The translations under genes were made by a program, and so were the position numbers. This document shows, piece after piece, positions 9,601 through 18,849 of a DNA stretch of 64,000 bases. Below the pieces are notes generated by a model that had not been told where the DNA came from, did not search any database, and saw only the letters and a program-made list of their open reading frames with translations. Source of the stretch: Candidatus Poribacteria bacterium (lineage in GTDB: Bacteria > Poribacteria > WGA-4E > WGA-3G); assembly GCA_965214095.1 (NCBI GenBank), contig OZ243938.1:2976001-3040000 (forward strand), read 5' to 3'. The stretch's first letter is position 1; each line of letters begins with the position of its first letter.

Positions 9601-11513
9601 GCATCAGCCGTAGTAGATGTTTCGCTAAGTTTTCCGTTCCCTTCGGTTATTGCAAAAGTTACTGGTACTCCTGCAAATGGTTGATTTCGTTCATCTTGGA
9701 CTTCCACAACGAAAGGTAATGGTAGTGCTGTATTTGTCAATACCTGTTGTGTATCACCCGAAATTTTTAAAAGTCTTGTTGGAGTGCGTTTGTCAAACTT
9801 GACCTTTATCCCTTTCTTTTGCATAACAGGAATGTGTGTATTGATAGATGCGTAACTAAGTGGGTTCGAATGAAGATAGAGAGTTGTCAATAGGTCCATC
9901 TCTATGAGGGGCGATATATCCGAGATTGAATTATGGCAGAGGTCCAATAAATACAGTTGTGTCAACTTCGAGAGAGATGAAATATCTGAGATATTATTGT
10001 TGGTTGATCTTAATTCTATGAGGCGTATAAGTCCTGCAAGATGTGAAATATCTGAGATATTATTGAAACTAAAATCTAGAAGAGATAATTCTGTCAACCC
10101 GGCAAGAGATGAAATATCTGAGATATTATTGTTGTATAAGTTTAGATCTCCCATGTGTATGAGTTCAGCAAGAAATGAAATATCAGAAATGTTGTTGTAA
10201 GAAATATCCAAGACTTCTAGCTTTGGAAGGGATTCAATTGGCGTATAATCAGTTATTTGATTAGTATTCACAATGCCTCGTCCTTGAACATATACCCCAT
10301 CGAGATGGAGTCGTTGTAAATTGATTGCATTTTCAATTCCACTCAAATTTTTCACCCTACTATTCTGAGCTGATAAAGACGTTAACTCAAGCATTGTATG
10401 TGTTGTTAGGGTGTGAGATAAATTCAATCCCAAATCTCTCCGAACCGCTGCTGCTAAATTCATATCTGGAATTGAAACTACTCTCGGAGGAGGCAGAATT
10501 TGTGATATGTCAATAGGAAAGCTTTTAGCGGAGACATTTCCGTTGACATCAATTACTCTTAAACCTACGAATTCAGTCTTTGTTGTAATGTAGGATGACT
10601 TGAGTTCAATAGTGCTTTTTGTTCCATTTATTCTCTTACATGCCTTGACAGATACATTAGTGAAATTAGGGAATAGTCGTGCCTGGTAGAGTCTATCAGG
10701 AGCGAATAGTCGTGCCTGGTAGAGTCCATCAGGGTCAGAAACTTCAAACTTAGAGCTGATTACATTCGGTGCAGATTCAAGAGTTGTTGATAGTATTTTA
10801 ATCTCTGCAGATTCGTTAGAAAAGGTGTTGTCAGAATTGAAGGCACGATGCACATTCAACCATTCAGCATCACATGGTGATAATGCTCCTCGTCCTGGTC
10901 CGTAAGACATGATGTAATCAGCGTCGCGGAAATCATGATTTAAACCAAAGACATGTCCAAGTTCGTGGGCAGTTATTATGTAATGATTGACAATACTCCA
11001 TTTGTCAACACCACAAACCAAAGCAAATCCTCCTGATCCGCTCCCTAAGCTTGCCATTCCTGAAAAGTAAGTGCACAAGACAGTCCTACTATCACCTACG
11101 TTATTTGCTGCGACTGTAAGAACAATGTGATGTTGTTTTACATCACTTGTTAGTTGTAATGTTTCCGTAACTTCTTTTCGGACATAATTAAATGGATTAT
11201 CCTGATAATATACAGTATCGTGTTTTCCAGGAATTTGATATACTATTGCTTTTCCATCCGCGTCTGATTCAAACGTAAAGGTCTTTCTGCCGTATCCATG
11301 CCGATCCATCTGCTCAGCAAAGTATTGTTGTACTTTTTTAATGAGTGCATCCATACCAGAGTCTATATCATCGTGAGGATCCACATCTTTTGGATAGAAA
11401 TAAGCAAGTCTTACCATCGGACGTTCATTTTGTGCATGTGCAAAGTCCTGTACCAAACAGAAAACCATGAGACTTACAATTCCAATCAATGATAACTTTC
11501 TTTTCATGATCAA
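6621..11513 (-). CDS. Secreted 1630-aa protein: metzincin metallopeptidase, three internalin-type LRR blocks, Big_1 domains, dockerin-like pair and conserved C-terminal domain
   Basis: Signal peptide; HELGHVFGLNH with YIMSY Met-turn; 22-aa NNISDISPLxxLTQL repeats; ISGDxQ...TDADGRAQ Big_1; DVNxDG repeats; NYPNPFNPETWIPY...TRKMLIRK. Confidence 0.9.
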   Translation of the reverse strand: MIMKRKLSLIGIVSLMVFCLVQDFAHAQNERPMVRLAYFYPKDVDPHDDIDSGMDALIKKVQQYFAEQMDRHGYGRKTFTFESDADGKAIVYQIPGKHDTVYYQDNPFNYVRKEVTETLQLTSDVKQHHIVLTVAANNVGDSRTVLCTYFSGMASLGSGSGGFALVCGVDKWSIVNHYIITAHELGHVFGLNHDFRDADYIMSYGPGRGALSPCDAEWLNVHRAFNSDNTFSNESAEIKILSTTLESAPNVISSKFEVSDPDGLYQARLFAPDRLYQARLFPNFTNVSVKACKRINGTKSTIELKSSYITTKTEFVGLRVIDVNGNVSAKSFPIDISQILPPPRVVSIPDMNLAAAVRRDLGLNLSHTLTTHTMLELTSLSAQNSRVKNLSGIENAINLQRLHLDGVYVQGRGIVNTNQITDYTPIESLPKLEVLDISYNNISDISFLAELIHMGDLNLYNNNISDISSLAGLTELSLLDFSFNNISDISHLAGLIRLIELRSTNNNISDISSLSKLTQLYLLDLCHNSISDISPLIEMDLLTTLYLHSNPLSYASINTHIPVMQKKGIKVKFDKRTPTRLLKISGDTQQVLTNTALPLPFVVEVQDERNQPFAGVPVTFAITEGNGKLSETSTTADAKGRAQGYLTFGEEQGDATVKVTAVHIEEPVTFTATAISIDLTVNIPNKNLHTNITETLGKPINESVTVGDMLTLTRLKANDANINDLTGLEYASNLTTLYLNNNSITDVERLAELTKLRTVSLNNNQLSDVTALGQLTVLDTLSLQNNDVSDVSTLTQLLKLKTLNLSGNLLNYASLNTHIPLLQTHGTSVSFENRIPTEIQNESASRHAIGGNAVVYVSVLDENGIAFAGVPVTLTLTPIGGSPYKVESVTNHSGNAHSGFKIGSTPGENKVRAQVKEIPHALDFTITGFDTKQVVQIPDKNLLAKIKGTLNLPANAEVTAGDMINLTYLYMPNSNVQDLTGLEYAYNLTALILGAEYINGQGWVNNNRVTDFSPLQSLTQLVYLNVAYSSQLNLSEIAKLTHLTYLDLTSNSISNSSPLNALTQLKTLNLSHNSISDISAFIKLINLEVLSLINNNISDISPLAGMTQLTQLNLGGNSISDITSLAELTQLTNLSLDSNNISDISPLKELTQLTSLGLRRNKISDISPLAGMTQLTQLALASNSISDVSPLAGLTQLVWLELSNNIILDISAFIKLINIEVLLLINNNISDVSPLQGMTQLIQLRLSSNNISDVSPLQGMTQLDTLLLDNNNISDVSPLVKLNLTGTQWNSTGLDIRNNPLNNDSIRTHIPAMQERGIVVSFDNITHPEFHLISGDKQEELVGRTLPSPFVVEYRDANGKPKEGVKVTFSITDGDAELTDTTIMTDADGRAQTFLRFGWKLGIITVNVTAEGINSQLTFTARAVLPENHVTEDVNVDGVVDVMDLVLVAATIGTTPPEGTYPNPDVNGDGVINSDDLALVMAALENAPTAPAAVMTAENLKRWIDEAKQLTNKDTTFLRGIGVLEQLLETLLPKKTALLANYPNPFNPETWIPYHLAKPAEVTLHIYAIDGALVQTLALGHRQAGIYEHQSRAAYWDGRNAQGERVASGIYLYTLTAGEYTSTRKMLIRK
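10671..10733. repeat. In-frame 33-bp tandem duplication
   Basis: GAATAGTCGTGCCTGGTAGAGTC occurs twice, 33 bp apart; encodes LYQARLFAPDRLYQARLF. Confidence 0.85.
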
Positions 11514-11552
11514 TCTCCTTGACTTATATATAAGTGAAATATATTGACAAAA

Positions 11553-13772
11553 CTACTTCCGTATCAACATTTTTCGTGTTGAAGTGTATTCTCCAGCAGT
11601 TAGGGTGTAGAGATAGATTCCACTTGCAACGCGTTCACCTTGTGCGTTGCGACCATCCCAATACACTGCACGAGACTGATGTTCATAGATACCAGCCTGT
11701 CTATGTTCCAACGTCAATGTCCGAACCAATGCTCCATCAACTCCATAGATATGTAAGGTTACCTCAGCAGGTTTTGCTAAGTGATACGGTATCCACGTCT
11801 CTGGGTTGAACGGGTTTGGATAGTTTGCCAAGAGTGCTGTTTTTTCTGGTAGCAGTGAGGCAAGCAATTCTTCAAGCACACCAATTCCTCTCAAGAAGGT
11901 TGCATCTTTGTTGGTCATTTGTTTTGCTTCGTCAATCCATCTTTGTAAGTTCTCTGCAGTCATTACTGCTGCAGGTGCTGTGGGTGTATTTTCTAATGCA
12001 GTCATGACTAATGCTAAATCATCGCTGTTGATAACTCCATCTGCGTTTACGTCTGGATTTGGGTATGTGTCTTCGGGTGGAGTAGTGCCGATGGTTGCAG
12101 CAACTAATACGAGATCCATCACATCTACGACTCCATCAACATTGACATCTTCTGTGACATGGTTTTCTGGCAAGATGGCTTTTGCAGTGAATGTTGGTGG
12201 GGATATAACACCTTCTGCAGTTGCACGAACGGTGACAGTGCCAACTTTCCATCCGAGATGTAGGAAGGTTTGTGCTTTACCATCAGCATCTGTTCTCACA
12301 GTGGTATCAGTTAGTTCACCTTCATCATTTCTAATAGAAAAAGAAATGTCCTCACCTTGTATTGGATTGTCGTTTGCATCTCTATACTCCACAACAATGG
12401 GGTCAGGCAGTACCCTTCCGATAAGATCTTCCTGCCCATCACTAGAAACTAACAGAATTTCTGGATGTGTTCTGGGGCTATAACTTATATCTACCCCTCT
12501 TTTCTGCATCGCTGGAATATGTACGCGGATAGATTCATTGCTAAGAGGATTCCTAAGTAGTCTTACGTCTGCTAAATATTTGAGATCTTTTATGGGTGCT
12601 ATATCCTTGACATCATTTCCAAAAAGATTTAATAAAACCAAGTTCAATGCATATTCAAGTCCTGTTAGATCTCTTATTCCTCTAAATTCTCCCTGTAAAT
12701 ATCTCAGATCCAACATTTTATGTGTGGTGATAGGTTGACTCGAATCAATTCCCACCCCTTGTTGAACTAATTCTTGTCGAACTATTGATTCTAAATTCGT
12801 ATCTGGTATTGATACAATTTTGGACTGAGGAAACAGTTGAGCAAAATTAAACGGAAAGTATTTCCTTGAGATGTTACCATTAGAATCAATTAGCGATAGT
12901 TCCACACTTTCGGTTATTGTCGTTATAAGACTTGTATTGAATTCAAAAGAGATAGTTTTGTTGCTTAATCTCTTACAGTCAATTTGCCAGTCTCTTGTCT
13001 CTGTTTGACTGTACCTATTATGTGCAATCAACTGTGCCTGATGTAATCCATCAGAATCGGAAACATTAAAATCTATGCGAATAGTGTCTGTTTTAGATTC
13101 AAAACTGGGTTGTATCATCTCAATGGTTGATGGTTCATTATCAACAGTTACATCAAGGTTAAATGCGCGGTGAACATTTAACCATTCTGCTGTACAATAT
13201 GGCATAATGATCGTTCCGGAATAGAGATTAATAAAACTGAAAAAGTGAATAGCATCATGCCGTAATCCAAGTACGTGTCCGATTTCGTGTGCAGTCAATC
13301 CAGCTATACCAGTAGCACCATTAAATGTCATTGCAACCCCACCATTTCCGGTGCCTATTGTTCCTTTTCCCGCAGCATCAAGGACATCAGTACTGAATTC
13401 TGGTAAACAGAAGATTATATCCTTTGAAATGTTAAAGGATCTACTTATCTCACCAATGACTTCCGAAAATGCGTTTTTACTTTCATAGTATAATGTGAGG
13501 TGATGTACCATTGCATTACCTTGCACATTGGATTCAAAAAGAAATGTCTTCCTACCAAAACCGTGTCGTTCCATTTCATCTGCAAAGGATTTCTGAACGT
13601 TTTTTATTAAGGTATCCAGTTTGGCATCAATGTTTTCCTGCGGCTGCGTATCTGACGGCATGAAATAGACAATACGTACAATCGGCCGTTCATTTTGTGC
13701 TTCTGTGAGACTGGTTATGAAAAAGAATGTTATGAAACATATAATGCCAATCATTAGCATTTTTCTATTCAT
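11553..13772 (-). CDS. Secreted 739-aa paralogue: metzincin domain, short LRR, Big_1, dockerin-like pair and C-terminal domain
   Basis: HEIGHVLGLRH; last ~630 bp nearly identical to 6621-7260. Confidence 0.9.
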   Translation of the reverse strand: MNRKMLMIGIICFITFFFITSLTEAQNERPIVRIVYFMPSDTQPQENIDAKLDTLIKNVQKSFADEMERHGFGRKTFLFESNVQGNAMVHHLTLYYESKNAFSEVIGEISRSFNISKDIIFCLPEFSTDVLDAAGKGTIGTGNGGVAMTFNGATGIAGLTAHEIGHVLGLRHDAIHFFSFINLYSGTIIMPYCTAEWLNVHRAFNLDVTVDNEPSTIEMIQPSFESKTDTIRIDFNVSDSDGLHQAQLIAHNRYSQTETRDWQIDCKRLSNKTISFEFNTSLITTITESVELSLIDSNGNISRKYFPFNFAQLFPQSKIVSIPDTNLESIVRQELVQQGVGIDSSQPITTHKMLDLRYLQGEFRGIRDLTGLEYALNLVLLNLFGNDVKDIAPIKDLKYLADVRLLRNPLSNESIRVHIPAMQKRGVDISYSPRTHPEILLVSSDGQEDLIGRVLPDPIVVEYRDANDNPIQGEDISFSIRNDEGELTDTTVRTDADGKAQTFLHLGWKVGTVTVRATAEGVISPPTFTAKAILPENHVTEDVNVDGVVDVMDLVLVAATIGTTPPEDTYPNPDVNADGVINSDDLALVMTALENTPTAPAAVMTAENLQRWIDEAKQMTNKDATFLRGIGVLEELLASLLPEKTALLANYPNPFNPETWIPYHLAKPAEVTLHIYGVDGALVRTLTLEHRQAGIYEHQSRAVYWDGRNAQGERVASGIYLYTLTAGEYTSTRKMLIRK

Positions 13773-13800
13773 GCTTTTCTCCTAATCAATTAGAATGGTA

Positions 13801-14895
13801 TTACTGCAAATCCATTACACAACGAAACCCAACGGTGATGTTCTTACCCTGAGGTGGGAGGGAGAATCGTGTGCTATTGCGAACATTATTTGCAGTAACA
13901 AGCCAAGAACCACCACGCAACACCCGATTAGATTGAACTATATCAAAGTCTTCAGAAATTTCTTGTATAGTATTAACCTCTGAGAATGGGTTGTCATCTT
14001 GAGAAATGGTGTAAAACTCGGCATCGTATTCATCAAGGCACCATTCCAACACGTTTCCTGCCATATCAAACAGTCCATAGTCGTTCTCAGGATATCTACC
14101 GACAGGTGCTGTGTATGCATAGCCATCATCGAATTTCGTTTCTGACCACCAATAGAGAAGCAGGTTCTTATCGGCGTAGTTGCAACGGCTATCCCGTGGT
14201 GAAGCATTCCCCCAAGGGTATTTTTGATTTTTTCTACCAGCACGTGCGGCTTTTTCCCATTCTGCTTCTGTTGGCAATCGTTTTTCTGTCCATTTGGCAT
14301 ACGCCATTGCATCGTGCCAACTTACAAGGACAATAGGGTGCTTATCTGTGGGGGCATATTCTGAAATTGCATCCCAGTCAGGTGCAGGATGTCCTGTTTC
14401 TTCAACAAATTTCCTATAGTCTTTTACTGTTACCTCGTTGATATCCATCAAGAATGAATCTACAAAAACAGTATGAACAGGATGTTCATCTTCGGCAGCA
14501 TTCTCTGAATCACTTCCCATTTGGAAATCGCCTTCTCGTATCAGTACCATATCTTCTGGTATAAATGTATAGTTCAAAGTATGTGTGCCGCCTTCCCATG
14601 TAAGTTGAATGGTGACATCTCCGATAGGGAAAGGTCCTAAGATTCTGGTTTCTACACTCAATTCCCTCAATTTTCCGGGTTCAACGGTAAGGTTCTCTGG
14701 TGTTCCAAAGAATTCTATTGTAATTGATTGGTCAGGTTCAAGTATACTGCCGCTTTCAGGTGTCGCAGACTTGAATGTTGCAGTGGGTACTTCAACAACA
14801 CGATCACTATCCGTATCCTCCTCTCCACAACCAGATACTGTCATCAACAATTTGCATATCATAACAATTACAATTAGGTTAATAACTTTCTGCAT
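13801..14895 (-). CDS. Formylglycine-generating enzyme (FGE-sulfatase/SUMF1) family lipoprotein
   Basis: Lipobox VSGC; GDFQMGS, EHPVH, NEVT, RLPTEAEWEKAAR, YPWG, GLFDMAGNVLEWC, RVLRGGSW, VGFRCV. Confidence 0.92.
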   Translation of the reverse strand: MQKVINLIVIVMICKLLMTVSGCGEEDTDSDRVVEVPTATFKSATPESGSILEPDQSITIEFFGTPENLTVEPGKLRELSVETRILGPFPIGDVTIQLTWEGGTHTLNYTFIPEDMVLIREGDFQMGSDSENAAEDEHPVHTVFVDSFLMDINEVTVKDYRKFVEETGHPAPDWDAISEYAPTDKHPIVLVSWHDAMAYAKWTEKRLPTEAEWEKAARAGRKNQKYPWGNASPRDSRCNYADKNLLLYWWSETKFDDGYAYTAPVGRYPENDYGLFDMAGNVLEWCLDEYDAEFYTISQDDNPFSEVNTIQEISEDFDIVQSNRVLRGGSWLVTANNVRNSTRFSLPPQGKNITVGFRCVMDLQ

Positions 14896-14945
14896 ATTAT
14901 CTGTCCTTCAAATATATGACGGTGTCATACATAAAATTGATCTTA

Positions 14946-15057
14946 TACCATTTCTATAAATGTTTATCCCATTAACATTTGTTAAGAATGTCTTGAAGGA
15001 CTGCACAAACTGGCAGTTTGTGCTACAAAAATGCGGCGTTTTCTATTAGAAATGGTA
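14946..15057. mobile_element. 112-bp MITE family A, copy 3
   Basis: Same TIRs; TTA...TTA flanks. Confidence 0.85.
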
Positions 15058-15130
15058 TTACTTACTAACATCGCGATGACTTAATACAACATATTTAATA
15101 TCAAATAAGTAATATAAAGTCAAATCTTTT

Positions 15131-16636
15131 TTAAATCAATGATGTTTTTTGTAAAATGCCTGTATCAGCGAAGGCAGCAGCGGGAGAACCGTCAAATATC
15201 ACATCACCTTCATGCATCAACAGGACGCGATCCGCATATTTCTGGGTGAGTTCAATGTTATGTGTAGCAAAAATGAGGGTTTTGTTTTCTTGTCGGATTT
15301 GATTGCAGAGTTCTTCCATCATACTTTGTAAGTGGTGTGCATCCTGACCAGTAGTAGGTTCGTCAAGTAGGAAAATATCAGGATGTAGTGAAAAGGTTGA
15401 CGCAACAGCAACGCGTTGTCGTTGTCCGCGTGAAAGCGAATACGGTGCTTCTGCTCCAATATCCGATAGTTGAAACTGAGTCAAAGTGTCATTGACTAAA
15501 GTGTTCAGTTTGTCCGATTTCAACTTCAGATTCTTGGGACCAAATTTCACTTCACCACGCACTGTCTCAGCCTGCAGCAGCAGATCTGGATTCTGAAACA
15601 CAATGCCTACTTTACCTGCTAACTGATGTAGTTTGAATCGTTTCATATCTTTTCCATCAATAGCAACTTGACCAGGATTAGGTCTGAGCAAACCAGCAAT
15701 GAGATTGAGTAGTGTCGTTTTTCCAGATCCATTTTCACCCATAATCGCTACAACTTCACCGCGCGATACTTCCAAGGATATGTCTTTGACTGCATGTTCT
15801 TCACTACTTGGATATTGATAATATAGGTTCTGGATTTCAAGGATCGGATGTGATGTGGGAGGTTTTGTACTAATTGCTTTTGTAGCACCGGTTGAATCTG
15901 GCAACTCAACACCTAAGTTGTGAAAGATTGTCGTATCTTGAAAAGCATCGGATTGTGGCAGGTCTAAACAGAGTTCGCCTTCATGCATCAGCCAAACACG
16001 ATTGCATAAATGTTGTACTTGCTTGACTCGGTGGGTTGCCAGTATAACTGTAATACTGAGTTTAGTATTCAGTTGTTTGACTATATTGAGAATATCTCTC
16101 GTTGCGCGTGGATCCAGATGACTTGTGGGTTCATCAAGAAGTAAGACCTGTGGTTGCATCGCACAGATTGATGCAAGTGCTACACGTTGTTTTTCACCAC
16201 CAGAGAGTTCAGAGACACGTCTGTTCTCATATCCGATCAGTCCTACTTGGTCTAATGCAAGGGTTATACGTTCTCTAATCTTTTCGGCTGGAAATCCGAG
16301 ATTTTCAAGACCAAAAGCAATTTCATCCTCTACATAAGTGCAAAAGAGTTGATCATCAGGATTTTGGAAGAGGAGTGCGACCTGTTGACAAGTGGTAACC
16401 AGTGATTGTTCGGCTACATTCTGATCATTCACATGAACAGAACCTGTCAGTGTTCCAGATGAAGAATGAGGAATTAGACCATTTATAGTGCGAAGTAATG
16501 TAGATTTACCACACCCGGTTGGTCCTGTTAGCAGGACAAAGTCACTTGGTGCAACCTGAGCATTGATGCAATTAAGTGTTGGTGTTTCTCGACTTGGATA
16601 GGTATAGGAGAGTTGCTCAATCTGAACTGACACCAT
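15131..16636 (-). CDS. ECF transporter ATPase with two fused ABC domains (EcfAA')
   Basis: Walker A GPTGCGKST and GENGSGKTT; FQNPD Q-loops; LSGGEKQR and LSRGQRQR; LLDEPT twice. Confidence 0.92.
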   Translation of the reverse strand: MVSVQIEQLSYTYPSRETPTLNCINAQVAPSDFVLLTGPTGCGKSTLLRTINGLIPHSSSGTLTGSVHVNDQNVAEQSLVTTCQQVALLFQNPDDQLFCTYVEDEIAFGLENLGFPAEKIRERITLALDQVGLIGYENRRVSELSGGEKQRVALASICAMQPQVLLLDEPTSHLDPRATRDILNIVKQLNTKLSITVILATHRVKQVQHLCNRVWLMHEGELCLDLPQSDAFQDTTIFHNLGVELPDSTGATKAISTKPPTSHPILEIQNLYYQYPSSEEHAVKDISLEVSRGEVVAIMGENGSGKTTLLNLIAGLLRPNPGQVAIDGKDMKRFKLHQLAGKVGIVFQNPDLLLQAETVRGEVKFGPKNLKLKSDKLNTLVNDTLTQFQLSDIGAEAPYSLSRGQRQRVAVASTFSLHPDIFLLDEPTTGQDAHHLQSMMEELCNQIRQENKTLIFATHNIELTQKYADRVLLMHEGDVIFDGSPAAAFADTGILQKTSLI

Positions 16637-16658
16637 TTTAGTCTATCAAGATCAGAAG

Positions 16659-18644
16659 TTATGTTTGCAGTTCATCAATTTCAACTGGTATGGAACCGAA
16701 ACGTTGCACTAAATGGCGGGAAATTGAGTCTTTGAAAGCATCAAAGGTTTCCTGAACGTTCTGCTTGAACTCGTCATGGAGTTGTGCTTGCTGTTCTTGA
16801 ACACGAACAAATAGGTTGCTAATATACGTTTGTAATTCACCGAGACGTTCACTTTGTGCTTTTGTAAATGCTGCAACCGCTTCCTTAAAGACTTCCAATT
16901 CTGCTTCTAAGTATTCCTTGAACAGTGAATTCTGAAAATTCGCGAGGGCATTCTGTGCAGCATACTGAAAATCTGAGTGTATAGTTTCGTATTGTTTCTT
17001 AACTCTTTGACTAAGTTGCTGAGAATATTTCTGAATTTCGTGTATTCTATCACCTTGTATATTAACGAACTGGGAAATCTTCTCTTTAAATGAGTCTATC
17101 TCACTCGCTAAATAAGTTCTAAAATCTTCTACAGCGACGGTATGCCGTGTTATTTTCTCAAGATGGTATCCCATTACGGCTAATCGGATAGCCTCAGGGA
17201 ACATCTTGCGATGATTTTTTAGCACTTTTGCAATAAACTTGAGATATTGGTATCCTTGTTTGGAGAACATTTGTCGTCTAATGGAAAGGAGAAATGCATG
17301 TACCTCGTCTTTCTGAATGCTTCTCACGTTATGTGTTTTATACGGTATGTGTTCCAGCATGGTATAACATCTGTCAAAATAATTCTTTAACGTAGGATCA
17401 TAAAGTGTGGATATTACGCGTCTATACTCTTGGATAAGTTGATCCCGCGGCATCTCAGGTACAAAGTTCAGACTCATATCTGTATTGTTACCAGTAGATT
17501 CTAAGAGCAAACGATCTTCCTGTTTGAGTCTATGCCATAGGTCAGTTTCTTTGAGTGCAGTTAACAATCCTGCCATTGCCATTGGAATTCCGGCTTCCTG
17601 AATGAAATCTATGTGTGAATCAAACTCTGTATCACCATCAAGACCGATAATAAATCCACCCGTGACTTCCATTCCCTTGTGTTGTATTTTCCTTATGGAA
17701 TTCAATAGGTAACTTCCAGCATCTTCCTCTTTACTTGTATTTTGTCCTTTTGATGTTGTAATCAATGCATCTTCATTGGGTGTTTCAATACCAAGAAAAA
17801 CCATGTTAAAACCTGCTATACTCATTGCGTCAAGCATTTCAGGGATTTCAACAAGGTTCACACTTGCTTCTGTATAGAGTGAGAACGGAAAACCGCGTTC
17901 CTCTTGCCATCCCTGCACAGCAGGAAGTAAGCGCATTGCATCACGTTTGTTACCGATAAAGTTGTCATCAACAACAAACATTGACCCTGTCCAACCGAGT
18001 TTATACAACATTTCAAACTCAGATAACATCTGTTCATTACTTTTGGTGCGTGGCACACGTCCAAATAACTTGGTAATATCGCAAAATTCGCAGTTGAACG
18101 GACATCCTCTCGAAAACTGCAGTGCCATGGATCCATAAGGCTTTAAATCAATTAGGTCATATCGTGGTGGTGGTGTCTTTGTTATATCTGGTTTTTTGGT
18201 TTCTTTATATACCTCTTTAGCTGCCCCACTTTCAAAATCAGTCATAAAGTCTTCAAATGTCTCTTCAACTTCACCGAATAGAAAATGATCAACTGTGCCG
18301 TTACATTCCTCTTTGATATTATCGTAGTAAGATGTTGGATGGGGTCCACCTGCAATAATCGGCACATCTGCCCGGTTACACTCTTCAACGACATCATAGA
18401 GGGATTCTTTTTGAACAATCATCGTTGATGTCAACACCATGTCTGCCCATTCAAGGTCAGCATCGGTTAATGTCCCAACGTTCATATCAACCACTCTCAT
18501 GTTGTAGTTATCGGGGAACATGCCAGCAATAGTCAATAGACCGAGAGGCGGCATAGATGATTTTTTACCGATAAAATCTAAGGCGTATTTAAAGCCCCAG
18601 TAAGAAGGTGGGAATTTGGGGTAAACAAAGAGAGCATTTGGCAT
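16659..18644 (-). CDS. Cobalamin-binding radical SAM protein (DUF4070-type) with long helical C-terminal extension
   Basis: MPPLGLLTIA, AGGPHPT (B12-binding domain), GCPFNCEFCD (CxxxCxxC), VDDNFIGNK, FLGIETP, GGFIIGLDGD; AGGAG SD. Confidence 0.9.
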   Translation of the reverse strand: MPNALFVYPKFPPSYWGFKYALDFIGKKSSMPPLGLLTIAGMFPDNYNMRVVDMNVGTLTDADLEWADMVLTSTMIVQKESLYDVVEECNRADVPIIAGGPHPTSYYDNIKEECNGTVDHFLFGEVEETFEDFMTDFESGAAKEVYKETKKPDITKTPPPRYDLIDLKPYGSMALQFSRGCPFNCEFCDITKLFGRVPRTKSNEQMLSEFEMLYKLGWTGSMFVVDDNFIGNKRDAMRLLPAVQGWQEERGFPFSLYTEASVNLVEIPEMLDAMSIAGFNMVFLGIETPNEDALITTSKGQNTSKEEDAGSYLLNSIRKIQHKGMEVTGGFIIGLDGDTEFDSHIDFIQEAGIPMAMAGLLTALKETDLWHRLKQEDRLLLESTGNNTDMSLNFVPEMPRDQLIQEYRRVISTLYDPTLKNYFDRCYTMLEHIPYKTHNVRSIQKDEVHAFLLSIRRQMFSKQGYQYLKFIAKVLKNHRKMFPEAIRLAVMGYHLEKITRHTVAVEDFRTYLASEIDSFKEKISQFVNIQGDRIHEIQKYSQQLSQRVKKQYETIHSDFQYAAQNALANFQNSLFKEYLEAELEVFKEAVAAFTKAQSERLGELQTYISNLFVRVQEQQAQLHDEFKQNVQETFDAFKDSISRHLVQRFGSIPVEIDELQT

Positions 18645-18724
18645 AATTGGTATTACTCCTTGAGGACAATTCGCATGCCCGCATTGCCAACATTAAAAAT
18701 AAAAACACATACAGTCCAATATAC

Positions 18725-18753
18725 ATGATACTACAATTAATGCTTGTTGTCAA
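18725..18753 (-). promoter_or_regulatory. sigma70-type promoter of the radical SAM/ECF operon
   Basis: Minus strand TTGACA-17 bp-TATCAT. Confidence 0.65.
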
Positions 18754-18784
18754 CTAATTCAATTATTACAAAGTAATATGAAAT

Positions 18785-18813
18785 TTGACAATTGCAGAAT
18801 TGATGTTTATAAT
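18785..18813 (+). promoter_or_regulatory. Perfect consensus sigma70 promoter of the Cache lipoprotein gene
   Basis: TTGACA-17 bp-TATAAT, then AAAGGAG SD and TTG at 18850. Confidence 0.8.
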
Positions 18814-18849
18814 TCATGGATATTTATTTGGTTACAAAGGAGTTACAAA

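Noticed and set aside
13801-13930. FGE-sulfatase C-terminus as a diversity-generating retroelement variable region
   Set aside because: The fold is a known DGR target class, but no template repeat or reverse transcriptase is visible in the window
16659-18644. Naming the radical SAM gene hpnP
   Set aside because: Same broad class, but orthology cannot be shown by eye and no hopanoid genes are nearby
18645-18725. Cobalamin riboswitch ahead of the B12 radical SAM/ECF genes
   Set aside because: The leader after the predicted promoter is only ~75 nt and no B12-box was seen
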